The notes under the pieces are model-generated. The model had not been told where the DNA came from and ran no database searches. It saw only the letters and a program-made list of their open reading frames with translations. A DNA stretch of 64,000 nucleotides from Mobula hypostoma (Eukaryota). The first letter of the stretch is position 1, and each line of letters begins with the position of its first letter. Location of the stretch: positions 34,038,001-34,102,000 of the forward strand of contig NC_086114.1 of assembly GCF_963921235.1 (NCBI RefSeq), in the 5' to 3' direction. Made by a program: the position numbers and the translations under genes. This document shows positions 57,973 through 64,000 of this stretch, in pieces.

Positions 57973-59096
57973 ATGGCCAGATAAAGTCCAATCATTATCC
58001 TTTTCCTAGGGCAACAATGGCCTATACCAGTGGACATCTGGTTAAGGTGATTGGAGGAACAATGTAGGGGATTGTAAGAGGTAGTGGGACCATGGGATGC
58101 TCTGCCAGGAGTGGTTGTAAAGACAGATGTTTTCGGGACATTTAAGAGACTCTTAGATAGAAACATGGATGAAAGAAAAATGGAGGGCTGTATGGGAGGG
58201 AAGGGTTAGATTAATCTTGGGATAGGTTAAAAGGTCAGCACAACATCGTGGGCTGAAAGGCCTGTACTGTATTGTATTGTTCTATGTTCGTTTATTCTGT
58301 GCTCTCATCATTGCTGGGTGAAAGTCCTGGAAATCTGTACCCTGGGATCATTTTCATCGGAAGCACTGCAGAAATTCAAATGCAACTGTTCATCACCGCT
58401 TCTTCAGGGCAATTAGGGATGGGCAATAAATACTTACCCATGCATGCACTTCAAAAAATGAACACGTTTTTAAAAATGGACAAATGTTAACAGTCAAGCT
58501 TTACTGAACATAACACGGAGTAAAATATATTGCAGATGCAACTGAACGTGAAATGTCCTGAAGGATTCTGGAAGCAACAGTTGTGGATTGTGATTGTTAA
58601 TCACCAACAAACACATCCTTTGTTCTGAATCGATTATTTTTAACTTGCTAGTGGGAGTGATAGACTTGATTGTCCTCTCATTGTGTTCGGGGTCAGATTT
58701 GGTGATGCTGATTTGACCTTTACCTTTATTAGGGAAAAATAAATGAGATTATTCAAACAAAATGTGATTTCTTCAAATTTTCAATGCCTTTGCCAAGTTT
58801 AATTCTCAAACTGCTGTGGGGGTATTTGATCTCCTACTCCCAGGAGGATGATGAAGGATGTTGGGTTGTGGAGGAGATACCACATACCAAAGAGGGCATA
58901 AGATTGTATGTAAATCGGTACCTCTTCTCCAGGGAAGTTGTCCAAGCTCTTTCTTTTCCAATATAACTTCCTTGGATTCCTGAAACTCCTGTTCTCCTTT
59001 CTCAAAAGTAAAATTAATCTTTAAAAAGTGATGCAGAAAAGGAGCAATAGGTGGAAAGAAAGGATGTTTGGTGAAAAAAATCCCCCATCCATACTT

Positions 59097-61110
59097 AACT
59101 TTACTTTACTTTATACTTTATTGTCGCCAAACAATTGGTACTAGAACATACAATCATCACAGCAATATTTGATTCTGTACTTCACACTCCCTGGATTACA
59201 AATATTAAATATTAAAAATATTAAAAATAGTTAAAATTAGTAAATATTAAACATTTAAATTATAAATCATAAATAGAAAATAGAAAAATGGGAAGTAAGG
59301 TAGTGCAAAAAAAACTGAGGGGCAGGTCCGGATATTTGGAGGGTGCGGCCCAGATCCAGGTCAGGATCTGTTCAGCAGTCTTATCACAGTTGGAAAGAAG
59401 CTGTTCCCAAATCTGGCCGTATGAGTCTTCAAGCTCCTGAACCACGAAAAGTGTGTTGGCTGGGTGGGCCGTGTCCTTGATCATCCTGGCAGCACTGCTC
59501 CGACAGCGTGCGGTGTAAGGTGGGTCCAAGAATGGAAGATTGGTTTGTGTGATGTGCTGCGCCGTGTTCACGACCTTCTGCAGCTTCTCTCAGTCTTGGA
59601 CAGGACAACTTCCATACCAGGTTGTGATGCACCCTAGAAGAATGCTTTCTACAGTGCATCTATAAAAATTAGTGAGGGTTTGAGGGGACAGGCCAAATTT
59701 TTTTAGTTTTCTCAGGAAGTAAAGGTGCTGGTGGGCCTTCTTGGCAGTGAACTCTGCTTGGTTGGACCAAATCAGGTCATTTGTGATATTGACCCCGAGG
59801 AACTTAAAGCTTTTGACCTGTTCCACTTGCGCACCACCGATGTAAATTGGGTCGTGCGGTCCACTACTCCTTCTGAAGTCAACAACCAATTCATTCGTCT
59901 TGCTGACATTGAGGGATAGGTTATTGTCTTCGCACCATGCCACCAGGTTCTTAATTTCCTCTCTGTACTCAAACTCATCATTACCTGAGATACGGCCTAC
60001 AACTGTTGTGTCATCAGCAAACTTATATATTGAGTTCGATGGAAACTTGGCTAAACAATCATGGGTGTACAGTGAGTACAGCAGGGGGCTGAGTACACAG
60101 CCTTGTGGGGCACCAGTGCTCAGAGTGATTGTAGAGGAGAGCTTGTCTCCTATTTTTACAGCCTAGGTCCTGTCTGTGAGGAAGTTGAAGATCCAGCTGC
60201 AGATCCGAGTGCTAAGGCCCGGGTTCTGGAGCTTAGGAATCAGTTTATTTGGAATGATGGTATTAAAGGCAGAGCTGTAGTCAATGAAAAGGAGCCTTAC
60301 GTATGCGTCTTTATTCTCCAGATGTTCTAAGGAGGAATGTAGGGCCAGAGAAATGGCATCTGCCGTTGACCTGTTGCTCCGGTAGGCGAATTGCAAAGCG
60401 TTGAGGTTGACCGGTAGGCTGTGGTTGATGTGCGCCATAACCAATCTCTCGAAGCATTTCATAGCAATTGATGTCAGAGCCACAGGTCGATAGTCATTCA
60501 GGCATGCCACCTTGCTCTTTTTCAGCACTAGGATTATTGTTGCCTTCTTAAAACATGAGGGGATCTTAGACTGAAGCAAGGAGCAGTTGAAGATGTCAGT
60601 AAACACTCCAGCTAGCTCGCTTGCACAGGCCCGGAGAACCCGTCCCGGGACGCCATCTGGGCCCATCGCCTTCTTTGGATTTATCTTCAGGAAGGCCCTT
60701 CTAATATCCTCCTCGGTGACGATGAATCTTGATGCCACCAGGTCCGGTTCATCCGGAGGGAGTGGGACGCTCCTCTTTTGTTTGAATCTTGCATATAATA
60801 CGTTAAGTTCGTCAGGAAGAGAAGCGCCACAGTTATTGATATTCCCAGCCTTTTCTTTGCGCCCGGTGATCTCATTTAGACCCTGCCATTGTCTACTGGC
60901 ATCCCTTTGGTTAGCCTGGGCTTCCAACTTGGCTCGATATTGCCTCTTGGTGCCCTTAATGGCTTTCTGGAGTTCACGCCTGGATTCCGTGTAGCGACTG
61001 GTATCCCTGGACCTAAAAGCCGCAGCTCTAGCCTTTAAAAGGGACTTGACCTTATAATTCATCCAAGGTTTCCAGTTAGGGAATACCCGGATCGTCTTGT
61101 GAGACACACA
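59097..61110 (-). mobile_element. Young Rex1/Babar-type LINE, 5'-truncated (2 kb)
   Basis: ORFs 60163..61107, 59590..59943 and 59260..59571 share one frame separated by single stops; RT motifs DYSSAFNTI, APQGCVLSP, KFADD; (AAAGT)n tail. Confidence 0.93.
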
Positions 61111-61159
61111 AACTTCTTAGTAAATTTATTATCAAAATATGTATAGATTATTTACTATA

Positions 61160-62900
61160 ATTTACTTAACTGTTTTGAATAAACACAGTGACTGAGCCTC
61201 AGCAGCCTCTGTGGTAGAGAATGCCAAAGGTTCACTACTCTCTGAATAAGGGAGCTTCTCCTCCTTAGTTCTTTATCGCCTATCATTTCTGAGATAGTGA
61301 CCCCCCCCCATGCAATCTTATTTATTTCAATGGGTTCACTTCTTGTTCTTTTAAACTTTAGTCCCACTCAATCCGTCGTCCTATGACAGACCTACAGCGG
61401 GTGTATCTTTGTTGCACTTCTTTTATATGTAGCCCCCCAGTAAGCCGCAGGGTCGCTCAACTCACTGTCATCTAGGGGAAACAACTCTCGGCCCCGCCAA
61501 ACTGGGTAATTAAGTTTGTGTGGATGCTTGTGTGATGTACCCCACCCCACCAAATAACAGATAATACACCATATATGATTAAATGAATTACAATTTATAG
61601 ATATTACTGGAAGTGTGTAATTAATAGTGATAAAATATAAAAGGAAAGTAAAAGGCGCCAAACCTATCAAAGTTCAACCTCTTCATGTACAACAGTTGGA
61701 GCTCTGGTAATGGGGTCCTCTTTCCACCATTCGATCCCCTCCGACCCCCTCGACCCGCTGCCTGGGATCAACCACGGTTGTCGACCAGACGCTCCACACG
61801 AGTCTGTCTTCGTCTCCTCTCCTCGCTATAGACCCTGGACCTCAGACTCCGGCTCGGGTCCGCCCTGTTGGCCCGCTCACACCATCCCATCTGCTCTCTC
61901 TGTCTCCATCCTCTGTCTGCTCAAAAACCCCCGTATCACAATAGCTTACAGACACACAAGAAAGAATAACATCTATCCCAATTGGTTCGTTCGTTCTTTT
62001 ATCAATAATATAACCCAAACAACCTGCTAGCAAGAGAACTTTCCCAGCATTTAACATAACAAAGAAGCCATTTTAATTATAACATAACAAGGAAGCCATT
62101 TTAATTAGCCTACACAGTAACATAAAAGAAGAAACCCCTTACATATAGCTATTATTTTTTAAGTAAAGAGGCCAAACTTGAATTGATTGTTCCAGAAAAA
62201 TACCGAGTAGGACTAAAGATATTGTAATAATACTTTGTTACTCTTGCGCTCAAAACCTCTGGTAACTAAAGCCAGTATACCATTTATCTTCCTAATTGCT
62301 TGCTCTTTAGCTTTTGAGTGACTTGTGTACAAGGATACCTAGGTCTTTTCGAACTTCAACAGTTCCCCATCTCATTACTTATAAAATAATCAGCATTTCT
62401 AATTTTTTGTGTGGTGAATAACCTCCCATCTTTACTCCTTGATACCCCCACTCTAGCCAAGCTGTTGCCTTCTTGAAGCCTATTCGCCTCTCCATCTCTA
62501 CTCACACTCTCAGTTAATTTCATGTCAGCGGTAAATAGCAGAATGTTACATTTAGTCTTCTCACCAAACCATTGATGGTGATTATGCAAAGTTGAGGCCT
62601 GAGAAGCAATCTCTGCTGAGTACCACTGGTCAGAGACTGCTAACCTGCGATCAACCCATTTATTCCTTATCCAATGCTTTTTATTTGTTAACCAACTCTC
62701 AATCAACACTAGTATATTACCCAATTCCACGTAGAGTAACTTTATCAGCAGTCTCTTATATGAAAACCTTCTGAAAATCCAAATACACCATATCCATTAC
62801 TTCCCTGTCATTTAATCCACTAGTTAAATTCTCCAAGAGTTAGTCAAATATGATTCCCCTTTCAAATATCCACACTGATTCTTCTAAATCATATTATTTT
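61160..62900 (-). mobile_element. Old CR1 fragment interrupted by a solo LTR
   Basis: QRVVNLWHSLPQR (ORF 61155..61367) and decayed RT remnant (ORF 62356..62730). Confidence 0.7.
61428..62143. mobile_element. Solo LTR (716 bp)
   Basis: TGTA...TACA termini; 4-bp TSD TATA (61424-61427 and 62144-62147); CpG-rich centre; 28-bp tandem duplication at 62052-62107. Confidence 0.85.
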
Positions 62901-62944
62901 TAAGTCCTTTATTAGACTGAAAAACTACTATTGATTCAGTCGCA

Positions 62945-64000
62945 GGTCAGTATAAGGATAACAGGAAGGAGCTTAAGAAGGAAATTAGGAGAGCCAGAAG
63001 GGGCCATAAGAACGCCTTGGTGGCCAGGACTAAGGAAAACCCCAAGGCTTTCTACAAGTAAGTGAAGAGCAAGAGGAAAGAATAGGACCTATCAAGTGTG
63101 ACAGTGGGAAAGTGTGTATGGAGCCGGAGGAAATAGCAGAGGTACTTAATGAATACTTTACTTCAGTATTCACTATTGAAAAGGATCTTGGTAATTGTAG
63201 TGATGACTTGCAGCAGACTGAAAAGCTTGAAGGAAAGGAAAGGTACGTTGCATCTGGAGTTTCTCTGGTTAGTGGTCGATTTCCCTCCACGCCTCTCTGA
63301 CGTAGAGGGGAACCGCGTACGAGGCAAGTTACAGCAGTGGTTTGCCACTGCCTTCTGCCGGGTGAGTCTCCAAAGAGATCACCAGTTCTTAACCCAGCAC
63401 GGCTGGAAAGCGTACAGGGGAGCCGGCTGGATTCGAACTCGAGACCTTTCATCCGGAAGTCAGACACTGATCCCACTACACCATGAGCCGAGTCGAAAAG
63501 TTTGAGCATGTAGATATTAAGAAAGAGGATGTGCTGGAGCTTTTGGAAAGTTGGATAAGTTGCTAGGAGTGGATGAGATGTACCCCAGGCTACTGTGGGA
63601 AGTGAGAGAGGAGATTGCTGAGCCTCTGGTGATGATCTTTGCATCATCAATGGGGACTGGAGAGGTTCCAGAGGATTGGAGGGTTGAGGATGTTGTTCCT
63701 TTATTCAAGAAAGGGAGTAGACATAGCCCAGGAAATTATAGACCAGTGAGTCTTACTTCAGTGGTTGGTAAGTTGATGGAGAAGATCCTGAGAGGCAGTA
63801 TTTATGAACATTTGGAGAGGTATAATATGATTAGGAATAGTCAGCATGGTTTTGTAAAGGGCAGGTCGTGATTGAATTTTTTGAGGATGTGACAATTTTT
63901 TGACATTGACGAAGGAAGAGCAGTTGATGTAGTGGATATGGATTTTAGCAAGGCATTTGATAAGGTACCCCATGCAAGGCTTATTGAGAAAGTAAGGAGG
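62945..64000 (+). mobile_element. CR1 LINE RT region (runs off the window), interrupted by a SINE
   Basis: [25 protein letters not shown]...NYRPVSLTSVVGKLMEKIL; same subfamily as 8017-10092. Confidence 0.9.
63231..63494 (-). mobile_element. tRNA-derived SINE with RTE/BovB-like 3' segment
   Basis: A box TGGTGTAGTGG and B box GTTCGAATCC on minus; AGAAGGCAGTGGCAAACCACTGC segment; ACCTTTCCTTTCCT tail; ~11-bp TSD GAAAAG(C/T)TTGA at 63220-63230 and 63495-63505. Confidence 0.85.

Noticed and set aside
58844-58905. Plus-strand candidate exon (ctcccag|GAGGATGATGAAGG...|gtatgt; EDDEGCWVVEEIPHTKEGIR)
   Set aside because: No recognisable homology or partner exon; conflicts with an equally weak minus-strand reading.
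63420-63494. tRNA gene
   Set aside because: A/B boxes are present, but there is no clear acceptor stem or T-run terminator; it is the head of a TSD-flanked SINE.

Overview
Vertebrate genomic DNA, inferred to be a cartilaginous fish (probably a ray) from its repeat content: CR1, Rex1/Babar, Penelope-like elements (PLEs), V-SINEs and Deu-type SINEs. The one host gene I can support is a plus-strand annexin. Ten coding exons (616-710, 2339-2452, 4128-4218, 16306-16385, 17203-17259, 18823-18916, 29650-29745, 30477-30535, 38736-38858, 39609-39674) splice GT-AG in frame into a ~291-aa core of four annexin repeats. Its N-terminus lies upstream of the window and the paralog identity is unclear. Most other sequence is transposable-element derived. 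It includes a full-length, TSD-flanked but lightly disabled L1 (23126-28936, minus), a near-complete RNase H-bearing I/Nimb LINE, a full-length degenerate Tc1, a chromodomain Gypsy relic, two solo LTRs, hAT relics/MITEs and many LINE/SINE fragments. The most striking structure is a ~217-bp TSD-flanked PLE-derived fold-back element in an annexin intron (10412-10628). It carries an intact minimal hammerhead ribozyme in the host's sense orientation together with an 89-bp near-perfect antisense arm. Also notable: a young RTE-derived non-autonomous element, a BovB-like-tailed tRNA SINE, and a four-level nested TE cluster. Family assignments rest on recalled motifs, not database searches, and boundaries of old repeats are approximate.
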